A stretch of DNA of 64,000 nucleotides, taken from positions 22,196,001-22,260,000 of the forward strand of contig CM119384.1 in the NCBI GenBank assembly GCA_051294905.1. The letters are read 5' to 3'. Below the pieces are notes generated by a model. It did no database searches. It was not told where the DNA came from and was given only the letters and a program-made list of their open reading frames with translations. Positions within the stretch are counted from its first letter, which is position 1. Every line of letters begins with the position of its first letter. Source of the stretch: Botryllus schlosseri (taxonomy: Eukaryota). The translations under genes were made by a program, and so were the position numbers. This document shows, piece after piece, positions 22,234-36,394 of the stretch.

Positions 22234-22769
22234 TGGCTTGGCACGCTTGCTCTTTTACAGTCATTTACTTCAATCACTGTTTGCACTGGGAAGAGTATGG
22301 CTTCGGCCTTCGTATTCCCGAATGAGCACTCACTGAATGGTCTTGAACCAGCAGATGAGTTTCAAATGAGGCATGACGAAAGGCTTGCCTGCTCAAAACA
22401 AGAGGCTATAGGCAAGCAGGCTGGGGATCACGACCGCAGGCGTCCCCCAGTTTGGCTACCTATAAGTCTCGCCTTGATGTACTGTGGGATGTGTGAGAGC
22501 ATGCCCGCTAGACTCAGGCACATCAGCACGACCTGTCCCCAGCAGGTCCGAAGTGCTTGAGCGAACTGTTACTTCCTAGGCAGGGGTTTTCTCCGGGTAC
22601 TCCGGTTCCTCTGTGCGAAAATGGAAGAATAACAAAGCCTTAGTGGCGCTCAAACTCCGACGGCATGAAAAAGGGCCCGAGGTTAGAGGGTACTCTGGTT
22701 CTACAACCAAGTACTCATTAACAAAGGGGGGAGGTAGGCTGCGGCCCCTCCAGGCCCCACAAAAAAAAA
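22234..22769 (+). mobile_element. Second copy S1b
   Basis: Same 5' start and 3' hairpin; very similar to S1a in the 5' half, with indels in the 3' half. Confidence 0.7.
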
Positions 22770-23322
22770 TAACACGTGAGTATGCACTAACGGCTTTTTC
22801 AGGTGAAAGAACGTCGACTTGAGCCGCTGTGGCCATTGTAGTTATCTTCTTACCGTAAACATTAGTTAAGTTTCGTTGTACCTAAGTTTAGTCTTTTTTC
22901 ACTTAGGTTTAGTTTTTTCCTACTTCCTCCTACTTCCTCCTACTTCCTCCTTCTTCCTCCTTCTTCGCCTACTTCTACTTCGAGTCTTCTTCAGACTCAA
23001 CCCTCCTCCCTCCCCGAGACTTGACTCCTCTTCCCGAGTCAAGTCTCGAAGGAGTCTGTATCTACCTCTACTAGAGCTTGACTCGTCTTCGAGAGTCAAC
23101 TCTAGTTAGACTCTTTCCTCTTCGAGTCCTGACTCGTCTTTGTGAGTCAGGACTTGTCGAGTCTTTTCTTTCCTTCGCTTGACTGCGCCGCTCTCCGAGC
23201 ACGTCTCGTGACGTCGTTAGCCGACGTCACCAGACAAGCATCGGAAGACGCGCGCGCCACACCTTAAGCGATACCGCAGTATCGCTTTTAGAGAAACGCG
23301 CTTCGACGGTTTAAAAAGCGAC

Positions 23323-24531
23323 ATGGAAACGGACGGTAGACCGCGTTCGCTGGATGCTACTGTTCCAGAAACAACAAACATACAAGAGGTGTTTAATGCA
23401 ATTGTAAATTGCACTAAAACAGAGCATTTGAAAGGACATATAGAGTCCATCTACCAGATAGGACCAATCACATATAACATCACGATAAAGGACACTGCAG
23501 ACACGGGGAACACTAAACGTGAATTACTCCGTGCCTGGCAAGACGGCATCGAGTTGGAAACTGGAACAATAACCTTCACAGAGGCCACTGCACCATACGA
23601 AAGTATAAATATAAGAGGTGTGCCAACTGAAGCCCTAGACAGAGAGGTTAAAGAAGAGATTCAAAAACATGACTGCGGCACAGTCACCAAAATAATCAAG
23701 GTGAATCACAGAGGCAGTGAAATACATAACGGATACAGGAGAATCATGATTAAAAACTATAAACGGGGAAAACTGCCACCAGCTATCAGAATTAGGAAGC
23801 TGTGGTGCAAAATATATCGCCCACCCGGTGAATATGCACCACAGTGCTATAATTGCCTCCAGTCGGGGCATACTGCAAGGAACTGTCAGAGCCAGGTGGT
23901 GTGCATTGAATGCAAAACACCGGGACACCGAAGACAGGAATGCCCAATTCTGAGGCAAGAATACCCGACAACCCAAGAAACCAACAGAGAAAACGAAGAT
24001 AACAACATGACATGCGAGTCTCCTTCGGACGGCGAACTAGTCATAGGAGAGGAATCAAGTAGCGAGGACAGTGCAGATGCAGATGTAGAACTAGAGAAGG
24101 AAACACAAAATGAAGAACACCATGAACACACTGAACAAAACAGTGATAGCGAAGAGGAAATAAGAGCAGACAACTCAGAAGAAGAGACAACTCCTAAACA
24201 TATGGCAACCTTCTCTTCACAAACGTCCGTATGGACAACTACATCGAGAACCAAAACAGCTACACCAGAACCGAGGACACCGGTACCTGCAAGGAAACCG
24301 AGTGTCCCGGAAACTATGACCGAGTATTCGTTCCGCAATAAAATACCGACCTCGCCTATCAAAAGGCCGAGTGATGAGAGCCCAGAAAGTAGGATGGCTA
24401 GGAAAAAGTCAACCCAACCCAGAAACCTACTGACAGGCGCCGCAAGTAGAATTGCAGATACCACCACAGCAGCCTCATCTTCACAGTCCCTTCCAAAAAA
24501 TAATCCCAACCTTGTCGTTCTTGACTATTAA
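23323..24531 (+). CDS. D ORF1 (RRM-like plus 2x CCHC)
   Basis: RPRSLD, INIRGVP, CYNCLQSGHTARNC, CIECKTPGHRRQEC; closely similar to C1 ORF1. Confidence 0.9.
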   Translation: METDGRPRSLDATVPETTNIQEVFNAIVNCTKTEHLKGHIESIYQIGPITYNITIKDTADTGNTKRELLRAWQDGIELETGTITFTEATAPYESINIRGVPTEALDREVKEEIQKHDCGTVTKIIKVNHRGSEIHNGYRRIMIKNYKRGKLPPAIRIRKLWCKIYRPPGEYAPQCYNCLQSGHTARNCQSQVVCIECKTPGHRRQECPILRQEYPTTQETNRENEDNNMTCESPSDGELVIGEESSSEDSADADVELEKETQNEEHHEHTEQNSDSEEEIRADNSEEETTPKHMATFSSQTSVWTTTSRTKTATPEPRTPVPARKPSVPETMTEYSFRNKIPTSPIKRPSDESPESRMARKKSTQPRNLLTGAASRIADTTTAASSSQSLPKNNPNLVVLDY

Positions 24532-27500
24532 CGTGAATGGGTTGGAAAGACACTGGACTCTAATGCAACAATTTATTAAAAAAGAAAAAGTAGACATCTA
24601 TTGTCTGCAAGAAACCCACAAAATAAACAAGAACTTTATCACAAAGTGGGCAGAAAAACACAACTTCGAGGTACTCATAAACTGCTTAGACAAACACGAC
24701 AGGTGGACAAACCATCCAACAAAACTATACTATCAGGGCACCGTGATACTCATTAGAAGGCACCGTGATACTCATTAGAAAGGAATGGCTGGGGGACATG
24801 AATGTAAAACATTATATTCATGTCCCAAACAGACTGCACAGCGCTGCTATTACAACAAAAGATCAAAAACAGGTAGTTAGCATCTACAACCTCTACGCAC
24901 CACACACCAACTCTAAAGTGCAAGAACAGTTCTTTGAGGAAACAATAAGGCTCTGCAGAGTGAACAAGGTTCCACCATCGTAGCAGGAGACTTCAATATG
25001 GTAGTGTCAAAAAAAGACGTGAAAAATACATGTAATTTTAAGCTTACAACAACCGCAAACAAGTGGCGAAGCTTCATAAGCGAAAAAGAACTTCTAGATA
25101 TATTCCGATGGCGAGAGCCGGAAAAGAGAATATACACTGTTACCAAACCGTATAATTCTAGAAGAATTGACCGCGTCTACATGACGAAAGATCTATGTAC
25201 GAACACTAGGAAATGTGAATATAAAGTAAATGCTGTGGCAGACCACAACTATTTCCTTACAACTATTTCCAAAAAGTTGTGATAAAGCACAAAAGTTTTC
25301 TGAAATGGGGAAACGGATTATGGATAAATAATACATCCCACTACCAAGAACAAGAATTCAAAATATTAATAAAAAACCTGTACACGGAACATTCATTTGA
25401 AAAAGCAAAGTATGACGATTTACAGACGTGGTGGTATGACTGGAAGGAAAAAGCAAAAGCAGTAGCGATCCAATTCGGCCGGGAAAAACAAAGAAAGAAT
25501 AACGAACAACGGGAATATTGGGAAAAACTAATAGAAAACCCCAATACAACATCAAACGAACGGCAACAAAGCTTAAAAAACCTCAAACAGTTGGAAAAAC
25601 ACAAATTAGACTTCCTCATGAAGATTCATTATAAAGAACAGCTAGAGAAAGAAGAAAAGCCAACACACACCAATTTTACTGCAGCCTAGAAAACAGAAGA
25701 ACACAGAAAATCATAGACGCGGTCACACAGGAAGACGGAGTACTAGTGGAAGAGAAAGAACAAATCCTGAACGCCACTTGGGAATTTTACAATAAACTTT
25801 GGGGCCAGACCCACGAAGGACAGGTTGAGCTCAGGAAAGAACTTGCAAGCTCAGTTAGCAGGTCCCTTACACAAGAACAAGCGAACCTCCAAGACTCCTC
25901 CATCACGGAAGACGAAATTAAGCTGGCGATAAGGGACCAGGCTAACAATAAATCACCCGGTCCTGACGGACTAACAGCAGAATTCTATAAAACCTTTTAT
26001 AAACTAATAAAAGACGATTTATGGCTGCTATACAATAACGCCATTCATTTTGGGAAAGTATGTAGCTCATGGGGAGCCTCGGCGGTAAAATTACTTTTTA
26101 AAAAGGGCGACCCACACCAACTAGAGAACTGGCGGCCAATATCGCTGACAAACGTGGATTACAAGATTCTGTCCAAAATCCTCGCCAACAGGATACGTGA
26201 AAACATCGGGGATATCATTGGCGAGACCCAAAAATCGGCTATCCCAGGGAGGCAAATGACTGATGTCCTCAGAAACGTGCGGGCCATAAAAGAATATGCA
26301 GAAATAAAAAATACACCAATCATTATATCAAATTTCGATCAACGCAAAGCATTTGACCTTATTTCTCACCAATTTCTTTTCGAGATTATGGGAAAATTTA
26401 ACTTGGGGAGAAAAATTACCCAGTTAATAAAAACGATTTACCGGAACTCGATCAACAAAATCCACATAAACGGAGCCTGCACAAAAAACATCTACGTAAA
26501 GAGAGGCCTCAGTCAAGGATGCCCCCTGAGTACATATCTATATAACATCGCATCTGAACCCATAGCCGAACGCTTAAGAAAAAATGTAAATATCCGTGGC
26601 ATCAAAATTGGCAAACACGAGTCTATAAACTTCAACAATACGCAGATGACGTCACGACCATAACGAAGGACTTCAACTCGGTCGTGCACGTCTACAAAGA
26701 ATTTGAGCTACAAAAAAAAGCCACAGGCCAAGAATTGAATAAAAACAAAACAGAGATCCTCGCCTTGAACAACCCGAAGGATATTCACATGGCGGGACAC
26801 CTCCAAAGCCAGATAAAAACAAAAATAAAAATATTGGGACAACAATTTGGCGAAGACCAGGATAACGAAAATTGGACAAAAACAGTACAGGTCATACGCG
26901 GCCAACTATTCGATCTCGGGAAAAGAAATTTAACCTGGTATGGTAAACAATTGATATTGAACACTGTCATAATGCCAAAAATAATAATTAGGACCATTGC
27001 CAGTGACCCAACCACGGAAATAGTCAACACCATAAACAGGCTATTCTTCGGATTTATCTGGTACCCGGAAAAAATGGAAATGGTGTCACGCAAAAATCTT
27101 GTGCGTCAAAAAGTCCAGGGGGATGGCAATCCCCCACGTACAGTCCAGAATGAGAGCCGTTAGGGCCGAAAAGGTGAAAATATTGGCAAACCTAGAAAGA
27201 CCAACAGAATTCTGGCATTTCTTTGCCTTGTACTGTCGAGGCCCAACAATCAGGAAGTGGAACACGGCATTGTTTACAAACAACATGCCACATAAAACTG
27301 AACTCACGCAAGAATGGAGGGAAATAACGAAAACCATAGAAAGTCTGAACTAACCTCTGGAGGAAATAAAAGAGGCTACGCAGAAAAAATTCTATCAGGC
27401 TATAAAAGCCACGTTCGAAAAGGAACATACGGACTCGACCCCCCCCCCCCCTCAAACATCGAGTGGGGCAACATCCATTTCCAAACAGGAAATGTCGAAA

Positions 27501-28021
27501 GGATTATTACTAATAAAGAAAGGATCACAGAATTCAGAGTAGCCCACGAAGGATATCTTTTTGGGGCAAAAGGAATTTCTAAAAATATCCTAAACAACAA
27601 AAACGGAAAAAGAGTGAACACCAAATGTCAGAGATGCGGCCACGGAGAGGAGACAGCAAAACATGTCGTGTACGCATGCCCCGTCGCCCAGAAAATACTA
27701 GGAAAATTGAATAATTACATTCGGGACGAAAAAGGCGTAAAAATAAAAATATCAGAAAATCACTTGACCAAAGGAGAAGAAACAGAAAAAAGAAAAGAAC
27801 AGGCCAAAGTGATCCTGGCCATCTACAGACATAAAATAATACATAGCCGAATCCAACTGGAATACGGGGACGAAAAACCAAAAAGTACACAGAATGTGGT
27901 CACTGAAATACTCAAAAAAACGTGCGCCACGCTTAGACAAAGGCTAAAATTACTCGAAGACCCGGACACGGAAATGAAAGACCTGACGGAAAAATTAGAC
28001 AGAACACAGAGTCTAACATAA
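24490..28021 (+). pseudogene. D ORF2 (APE-RT), multiple frameshifts
   Basis: LTINVNG, QETH, RIDRVY, KSPGPDG, NFDQRKAFD, SQGCPLS, CQRC...HVVYAC in successive ORFs. Confidence 0.9.
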
Positions 28022-29218
28022 GCACAAAAGAGGAAACGAGAAGAAAACGCAAGACGTTGGGGGGGTTTCCTGGGTTCCAAGATAAACCTTGGTTAATCCA
28101 AACGCCAACCCAAAACAAAAAATAGTAAAAACCCCCTCAGGGGAGGATGGAGACGCAAAACAAAAACCCCCAACTGCTCGCGACGGGTGGTCAGCTTTTC
28201 CAACGCAACGGGAAATACTGCCCATCCAGCCCGTCGCAGCAGTTGGAGTAATGAGGTATGGAAAAGACAAAAATAACCACTGAAATAGTTATATTAATTT
28301 CATTAGTTATATTAATTTCAACTTTAAAACAACTCAGTTGGAAATAAGTACACCTTAGTTGGAAAATATATTAAAAAAACCCTAACCCGGAGGCGACCCT
28401 AAACCTTAGAGAGGGTCGAAGAAGGGCAGGAAATACGGCGAGCCGCAAAAAAAAAAAATAAAAATAAAAAAAAGGTAACCAATCGACCGCGTAAGTATCA
28501 TTAACGGCTTTTGCAGATTCGAGGAGCGTACCGGAGCCGCTGGGGCAATAGATAACTACCGTAAACCTTAGTTTAACCTAGCGTTTACAACTAGGCTACC
28601 TACTTCCTCCTTCCTTCTTTTTCATCACCGACGGACTTCTACTTCTACTTCGGGTCTCCTTCAGACTCAAACCCCCTCCCTCCTAAGACCTGACTCGTCT
28701 TCGTGAGTCAGGTCTTAAGGAGTCTGTGCCTACCTCTACTGGAGCTTGACTCGTCTTCTAGAGTCAACTCAGAGTCTTTTCTCTTCGAGTCCTGACTCTC
28801 TCTCTCGAGTCAGGACTTGTTGAGTCTTTTCTTTGGAGACTTGACTCTCTCTTGAGTCAAGCCTCCACTTTCTCCTTTCTCTCGCGCCTCTACCTTGAGG
28901 CGACGGGAGACTGTCTGGCTTTCCTTTTAAATTACAAAAGCGCTACGACACCGCCCAGACGGTGATCGTACGCTAGTCTAGCGCAACTGATACTACAGTA
29001 TCAGTTCTCGAAAGCGCGCAGAAACGCCTTTAAAAACGCGTTCAACAGACACGCTAAAGCAGCCTGAAGTTGCAGCAAACCTTGCTTGTAGTTACCATAC
29101 TGCTAAAGATATACAGGCTTAGCTGACAAATAGCGGACGTGGACTGTGGACAGTGGACTGCAGTAGATGCAGACACCGCTTACCAGTAGGGAAAATCAGC
29201 TTCCCAGGCCATTTTAAT

Positions 29219-31882
29219 ATGGCATACGCCAACGCAATAAGAAATGAAAACATCAACAGCAATAGGATTACATACGGGACAAGACCCAGGTCGCTCGACC
29301 TGCTTGTGCCCGCACAAATCCAGGCATCGGCAGTCATAGACGCAATAATAACACACCCACAGTTGAAGAAGGAAAAGGAACACATCCTCTCCATATTCCA
29401 AATCGGGCGCAACATATATAACCTTACCTTTAACAAGGAAGCGCGCACAGAGGAGCTTGAACAACACTTCTTGGAAAACACCGAAAACGGAATAAGAACA
29501 GAAAGCGGATTGATATTTCTTGAACATCCGAGGAAGCCGGTAGTAAGAGTAAACATAAGAGCGGTACCTACCGAGGTAGAGGAAGAGGAAGTAAGAAACA
29601 AACTGGAGCAACTTGACTGTGGCCACGTCAAAGAAATTAAGATCATCTATCACAGAGCCACAAATATCCAGAACGGATATAGACAGGCCTGGGTAGAAGA
29701 ATATAAACCAGGAAAAATACCGCCCTTCCTTTACCTTGGTGGAGCATCGTGCAAAGTAACAAGAGATAGAAAGTGAAGTGTGTTACAGATGCCTACTGCC
29801 GGGACATAACGCAAAGGACTGCTCCAACCAAACGGCCTGCACAGTCTGCAAACAATACGGGCACAGAAGAAATGAGTGCCCGCAAAACAACATAATACAC
29901 AACACACTTTGCCGCACCTCTTTGAAACAAAAGACAAACGTACAAAGAAAGTGTTAGAGGTTGACCGACACTCCATCTTAGAACAGGAAGAGCAGACAGA
30001 GACACAAGCAGAACCTGGCAGAGACTCTCCCCCAAATCACATGGAGGATGAGGCAAAGGGGGAAACACAAAAAAGCGACTCAATAACAGACGCAGACGTA
30101 GACGACCTATTCGAACAACTCACAAAATCCCAAGATACGCAAAAGAGTGATCTATAGCAGTGGTTCTCAACCGCCGGTCCGCGACGACATTCCTGCCGGT
30201 CCGCCAAGCATATTAGAATTTTATACTTTAATTTCAAGATGCAATGTTGAAGGCTTTTTCATTGATAAAATGAATGAAACATCAAATTTTAAACTGATTG
30301 ATAACTTCGTGAGGTAACATTAGGGCTGGAAACATGTTCAATTTGACTTAAAATTCAAGACGTGTCATTTGACGATATGCGAGCGATAAGTACACAGAAC
30401 AGATACGAGCCGACTCATCGCTAAATAGCGCAGTTTGATCACTAGTTTTCGATTCATTCATTTTATGCAGGACCGTAACTGGGGCACCACAAACCGCCCA
30501 ATTGGAGAGGAGCCGAGCTTGAATAGGGCTTAAAATTATTTCGCAAATGAACATTAATCACAGCGTATTTATTTGAAACTTTTTCTAACATTTTTCAATT
30601 TCTTTTCGCGCTTTTCACGATTTAGTATCCCTAAATGTCTTGCTTATTAGGTGCCCTTTTCTGAGAAATACGTAATGATTTATTGAATACGTAATGATTT
30701 ATTGGTATTTTGGCATCAGCCCTTACCACGCCACGACGCACCAACACATAATCAAGCTTAGGTTAACATGGGACTCCTAAAGAAGGGCTAAAAGTTTGGC
30801 CGCGAGAAAACTGCTTCACTCATGAATGATCGAAAATTTTCTCTATTGGCGCGATTGAGCTACGTAAACTCTCTGCTTACGCTGAGTAGAATGGATGCGC
30901 TCACAAGTACAGGTGAAAACATCCACCCAATGGTAGAGTCTGGGGGTGAAGCCCCCGTAAGTTTGACTAATCGCCCAGTGGGGATCCAAAGACCAGCGTC
31001 TTTGGGGATGGGCTGACGAAGTGCTTTTTCAGCTCGGATTTGCGGTTGGGCGGTATAGCTGCTCTAATGTGTTTTCTTGCAGCACGCATTGTACCGTATA
31101 GGTAGCTGCGAGAGTAGCCTGCGTCTGGTGGCAGTAGGCAATGAGCAATATAGCACGACAAGGTGCTTGGTTCGACTCCGATACGCTTCATTGCTCGATA
31201 TTGTCCAAGAGAAGAATATTATTAGAGTTGGCGTGGTCGGTTAAACCGACGGCCTTCGGCGCGAAAGACTGTAAAGGACTCTCGGCGGTAGCACGTTTAT
31301 CTGGACAAGGCAATTTTACCTCGACTCGGCAGACTCACTACCATAAAATCACATGGATGCCATCATGAATATAATTAAATACGATCAAAACCCTCTAAAT
31401 ATCGGTCTCCAGCACCATATAATTGCAAAAAACGGTTGCATACTTAATATTTTGGCTTCCTTTCAATTTTGAAAGTTCACCGGTCCGCCAGACATTTTTT
31501 GAAATTTTACCGGTCCGCGAGGTGAAAAAGGTTGAGAACCACTGATCTAGACACCACGATACGTCCGGGTGACGATGACGGTGACGAAACCTGCAGTAAC
31601 AAAACAGACACTCCACTCCAAATAATAACAACAGAAGATGAAACAGATACGGATAATGAAAACAGCAACCGGAAAGAAAACAAAAATAAGCCAAAAGGCG
31701 GTCACACGCACGAACCACGGAAGAGATTCGAAAACAGAACTTTCACGGCCGTGGAATTCTTCGGAGCGACTCGATCACCGAGCAAACGCTCCAACGACCA
31801 ACGCAGCCCACCGGACGACAAAAACCAAACAAAAGCGAAAAAGAAACTAAATGAACTGCAACCCAAACTACCACCACAATAA
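29219..31882 (+). pseudogene. F ORF1, frameshifted near 29770 and split by insertion 30158-31544
   Basis: RPRSLD, VNIRAVP, NGYRQ, then CYRCLLPGHNAKDC and CTVCKQYGHRRNEC; tail resumes after 31545. Confidence 0.85.
30158..31544. mobile_element. Non-autonomous hAT (Charlie-like) element
   Basis: TIR CAGTGGTTCTCAACC / GGTTGAGAACCACTG; subterminal CCGGTCCGC repeats; imperfect 8-bp flanks ATCTATAG/ATCTAGAC. Confidence 0.85.
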
Positions 31883-31909
31883 CCAACCTACCCCTACCTA
31901 ATATTTTAA

Positions 31910-34900
31910 ATGGATCTGGAAATAATCTCGCTTAATGTGAATGGAATGGAAAACCACTGGCGGCGAATAAAAAATCTGCTCAATACGGACAAAAAGTGGC
32001 AAATAACATGCGTTCAGGAAACACAGAGCAAACATCAAAAAAATAAAAAATTGGGCCAACGCCAACGATATGACATACCATCCAAACCACATAGAAAATA
32101 AAACGGACTGGACCGATGAGGAAGGAAATAAGAAGCTGTATTTTAGAGGGACGGGAATGTTCACAAAAAACGTTCTCAAAGAAAAATATGATATACATAA
32201 CATGATAGTGAAGGAGCACAGGCTCCAATGCTTAACGCTAACGGAAAAAGAAACCAATACACAAACCAGAGTCTGGAATGTGTACGCGCCATCAGACGTA
32301 GGAAGGGCGCAGACAGACGTCTACAAATTGATAATTAGCGAACTAATCAAGACACCTCTCGACACAATAGTCTGCGGGGATTTTAACATCGTCACTGAGC
32401 GAATAGACTCGAAAAATACGACAAACTTTAAACTAACACCCGCCGCGAAACACTGGAAAGAATTCATCAGGAATTACAAATTCAGGGACATATGGCGATG
32501 GCACAACCCGAGAGTTAAACTCTACACTGTCATCAAAGCTATCCAATCTAGAAGAGTGAGTAGACAGGATATACGTTTCAAACGACCTGCTAAACAGAAG
32601 CAGGTCGCGATACCAACTCAACACGATTGCAGACCACACATACATGCAGCGCATAACCATAAAAGATATCGAACAAATTAGGTGGGGAAAAGGCGAGTGG
32701 AAGAATGATTGCAGAATGTATGACGACGAGAATTTATATAATGAACTACGGAAGCTACACGAGAAATGTAGCAAAAATAAACCCTCGTTCATGACCATCT
32801 ACGAGTGGTGGGACGACTTTAAGAAAAAAGTCAAGAAACACCTAGTAAAATACGGCAATGATAAAAGAAAAGCCGAGATACGAGAAATAGAACAGCTAAA
32901 TACCATCATAGCGCGAAAACAAAACGAAGAAGACGACGGAGATAAAGCGTACGCAGAAATCAAACAACTCGAAGAAATTGAGCAAAAACAGATAGAGTAC
33001 GCTTGTAAAATACATAAGATCAAGGACATGGAAGAGGGTGAGAAACCTACTAAATACTTTTTTAGTAAAATCAAGCAAAGGAAGACAAACAAAGCAATAA
33101 CCGCTATGGAGAACGAATCGGTGCGTAAATTAACAACAAAGGAAGAGATCTTGACGGAGATAGAGACCTTCTATAAAAACCTATGGAAAACCCCAGAAAC
33201 CGAAAACAACAGTCGACAAAAGATCTACATCGACACCATAGCGGATATAAAAATTACAGAAAACGAAAAAGCAAACCTCGAAACCCACCTAGAGGAATCA
33301 GAGATAAGGAAAATAGTAATGGACATGGAAAATAACAAAACCCCCGGCCCGGACGGGCTATCCAAGGAGTTCTACGCAAGATATTGGAGCTTCCTCAAAA
33401 AAGACCTGCAGGAACTCTTAAATAATGCATACCAATTCGGAGGTCTCAGCGAAACATGGAAGGAAGGAACAACAACACTGATTTATAAAAAAGGCAACCC
33501 GAACGATCTGAGAAACTGGAGACCTATAACTCTCCTAAATACAGATTATAAAATATTGACAGGAATAGTGGCAAAAAGAATAAGCACAATTCTCCCGAAT
33601 TTGATGAACCCGTCTCAAAAATGTGCCATAAAAGACAGAAAAATCAGCGACATACTCAAAAATATACAAGCAGCTAGCTATGGACTACGCAAACGAAAGG
33701 AAAAAGGAACTACTTATAATCAATTTGGACCAACAGAAAGCCTTCGACCTAATAAATCATACCTTCCTATATAAAATTCTAGAGAACTACGACCTTCCGG
33801 CTAACCTCGTCAAACTCATTAAAAATATTTACAACTCCGCTACCAGCAAAATCATCGTTAACGGAGCTCAGACCAACCCGATACAACTCAGAAGAGGCAT
33901 CAGGCAGGGCTGTCCCCTGAGCATGGCCCTGTACGCGATTGTATGCGACCCACTTGCCCGCAGAATAGAAAACAACAGCGGAATAAGCGGCATAAACATC
34001 GGAAAGAAAATAATGAAAATACAGCAATATGCTGACGATATGACCGTCTTCATAACAAAAGAACAGGAACTAACAAACATCTTCAAGGAATTCGACACTT
34101 TTGAAAAAGCAACAGGACAAAAACTCAACCCGGCAAAGACAGAAATACTACATTTGAACCAAAAATCAGCATACACCACAAGAAACCCACAATTAGAGAA
34201 ACTCAAAAAAACGGAAATAAAGATACTGGGACAAATATACGGAAAAGATCAGATAAAGGCAACTTGGGAAAACAGGATCGCAAAAATAAGACGCGTCATA
34301 TACGCATACAAAGACCGCAACCTAACCTGGGTAGGGAAAAAAACCATATTGGACAGTATGGTGACCACCCAAGTTATATATAACGCAAGAGCAATACCGA
34401 TGCCCACTGAGACTATAAAACGCATCGAAAAAATGTGCTTCCATTTCCTCTGGAGACCAGAGAAAATGGAAAGTATCGCAAGGAAAATATTAATATCGGA
34501 GCAAAACAATGGCGGTATGTCGATTCCTGACATCGCCTCAAAAATCAAGGCGTGCCAGTTAGAAAATATAGCGGAACTTAAAAAGCTAGACAAGATTACG
34601 GAATTCTGGCAGCAATATGCCACATACGAGATCGGGACGAAAATGAAAAAAATAAACGCGAAACTATATTCTAATGCCGAGCCACACAAATTCCCAACAC
34701 CGAAGCGCTGGACGGAGAATATAGAAATGTCGCAAAAACTAAAATGGACTGACGAAGAGTGGGAGGAAGCCACCCACAAGTCTTTATATAAAGCAGTAAA
34801 AAAACTCAAAGAAATAAAAACCGAACTAAGAACAGGAAGCGGAGAACTAGTGAAATGGAGTAAAATCGCTAAAACCAGATTTTACGGACAAAAACTAGTC

Positions 34901-35329
34901 AAAAACAACGAAAGAATAATTAACTACAAAACGGCACACAATGCATATATATTTGGAGAAAAAAAGAGAAACAGAAACATCACCCAAGATAAATACGGAA
35001 AAAAACTGGACCTATCATGCAAATTTTGTGGCGCGCGCGAGGACAATGTCAGACATATCCTCACGGACTGCGCATATTCCCAAAAAATCCAAGAAAGCTT
35101 GGCAGAAATACTCGGGAAGAAAAAACTATCGAGCGATGCCATCCTATACAACGAGGGAATAAACAAAATAGAATGGATACTCATATCCATCTACAAAAAA
35201 GCGATAATAAACCTAAAAATAAGCCTAGATATTGACAACACCAAAGTCGGCGACCAAAAACTAGAGAAGAAAATACTGCGAAAAACCAAAAAAAAAGACT
35301 GGAAATCATACATTCGGACACACAAATAA
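31910..35329 (+). pseudogene. F ORF2 (APE-RT), frameshifted
   Basis: SLNVNG, VQET, NVYAP, CGDFN, KTPGPDG, DQQKAFD, GIRQGCPLS, QYADD, CKFC...HILTDC. Confidence 0.92.
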
Positions 35330-35884
35330 ACAAAATTTTGCAAAACATAGAAAGAAAACTAGCAACAACAGATGCATAGAAAGAAAACTAGCAACAACAG
35401 ATGCATAAAGAGAAAAAAAGATGAATATCCAACTGGGGAGGGGCCAAAACATGAGCCGAAACTCCCCAACATAGCGGTCTTCCGTGGGTACGGCTTCTAC
35501 CGTAAACCGAAATACAAAATAAGACGAGCGATCAAAACGAACGATCACCGTAAACGAAAAACAAACTCGAGATGTATAAGTAACAAGCCCTCATAACACC
35601 AGGCCAAACCGAACGTGACCCAGTCCCCCGGACTCAACCGGGCCGAAGCTGAGCACGTCGTGAGAAGGAAAAAGAAAAACAACTAATATACTAGAAAAAC
35701 CAGGCGAAAGCGAGTCCCAGTTTTCCCGACGATAACGGGCAAGAAACTTGGCTCGCCTGAGTTAGCTAAACAGAACAAAAAACCATAACCCAAAAAGAAC
35801 ATAAAACCCCAGTCCGGAGCCGGTCCCTATGCTTGAGAGAGGGGCCGGCAATGGTCTGGCAATTCGGAGAGCCGAAAAAAAAAA

Positions 35885-36394
35885 TAGGCATCGTATTGTG
35901 AGCCGTGAGCCCTTGCGATGTGTTGACCCTTAATATTGAACCAGACTCTCCAAGCACTCTCACACCTAGGAGAAGTATGGCCGTCAGGCCTTCATGCTCC
36001 GAAACCGGGATCTCGTCAGCTTGACTGGCCAGTATCCCAGGCACAAGCACGGTAGCGGCGGGACAAGGCTCCACAGGGCCCCCCAGCCAAAGCCTGCTTG
36101 TGCCAGCTCTTTGGAGCCAACAGGGCAGGTTTTTTTCGCCGGGTCCTCCGTTTTTTTCCCAAAAACCCCTGTTGGTCGCACCGTATACCCGAAGAGAAAC
36201 TCAAAGAAGAAAAAAGACGAACCGTAGTAACTATGGGTTCTTCGTGTCCTTTCGACACTTAGAAGCCCTATTACCATCGGGGAGTGCCTACAGCTGGGTG
36301 GAACATCTCAGCTGTAGTCACAACTATCCCCACGGGGGGAGGTTGGCTGTGGCCCCTCCAGACCCCTAAAAAAAAAAAAAAAAAAAAAAAAAAA
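35885..36394 (+). mobile_element. Short poly(A)-tailed unit S2, divergent relative of S1
   Basis: Shares blocks AGTATGGC..GGCCTTCAT and CAGGCACAA and the 3' end GGGGGAGGT.GGCTG.GGCCCCTCC.GACCCC; poly(A) 36368-36394. Confidence 0.65.

Larger units (their letters stand above)
22770..28473 (+). mobile_element. Full-length Tx1-like retrotransposon D (sister family of C)
   Basis: Shared 5' UTR, ORF1 402 aa, frameshifted ORF2, terminal hairpin, TACGGCGAGCCGC and poly(A). Confidence 0.9.
28474..35884 (+). mobile_element. Full-length Tx1-like retrotransposon F with an hAT-type insertion in ORF1
   Basis: Starts GGTAAC after poly(A); shared 5' UTR; ORF1; ORF2; terminal hairpin and poly(A) 35875-35884. 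Confidence 0.9.
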
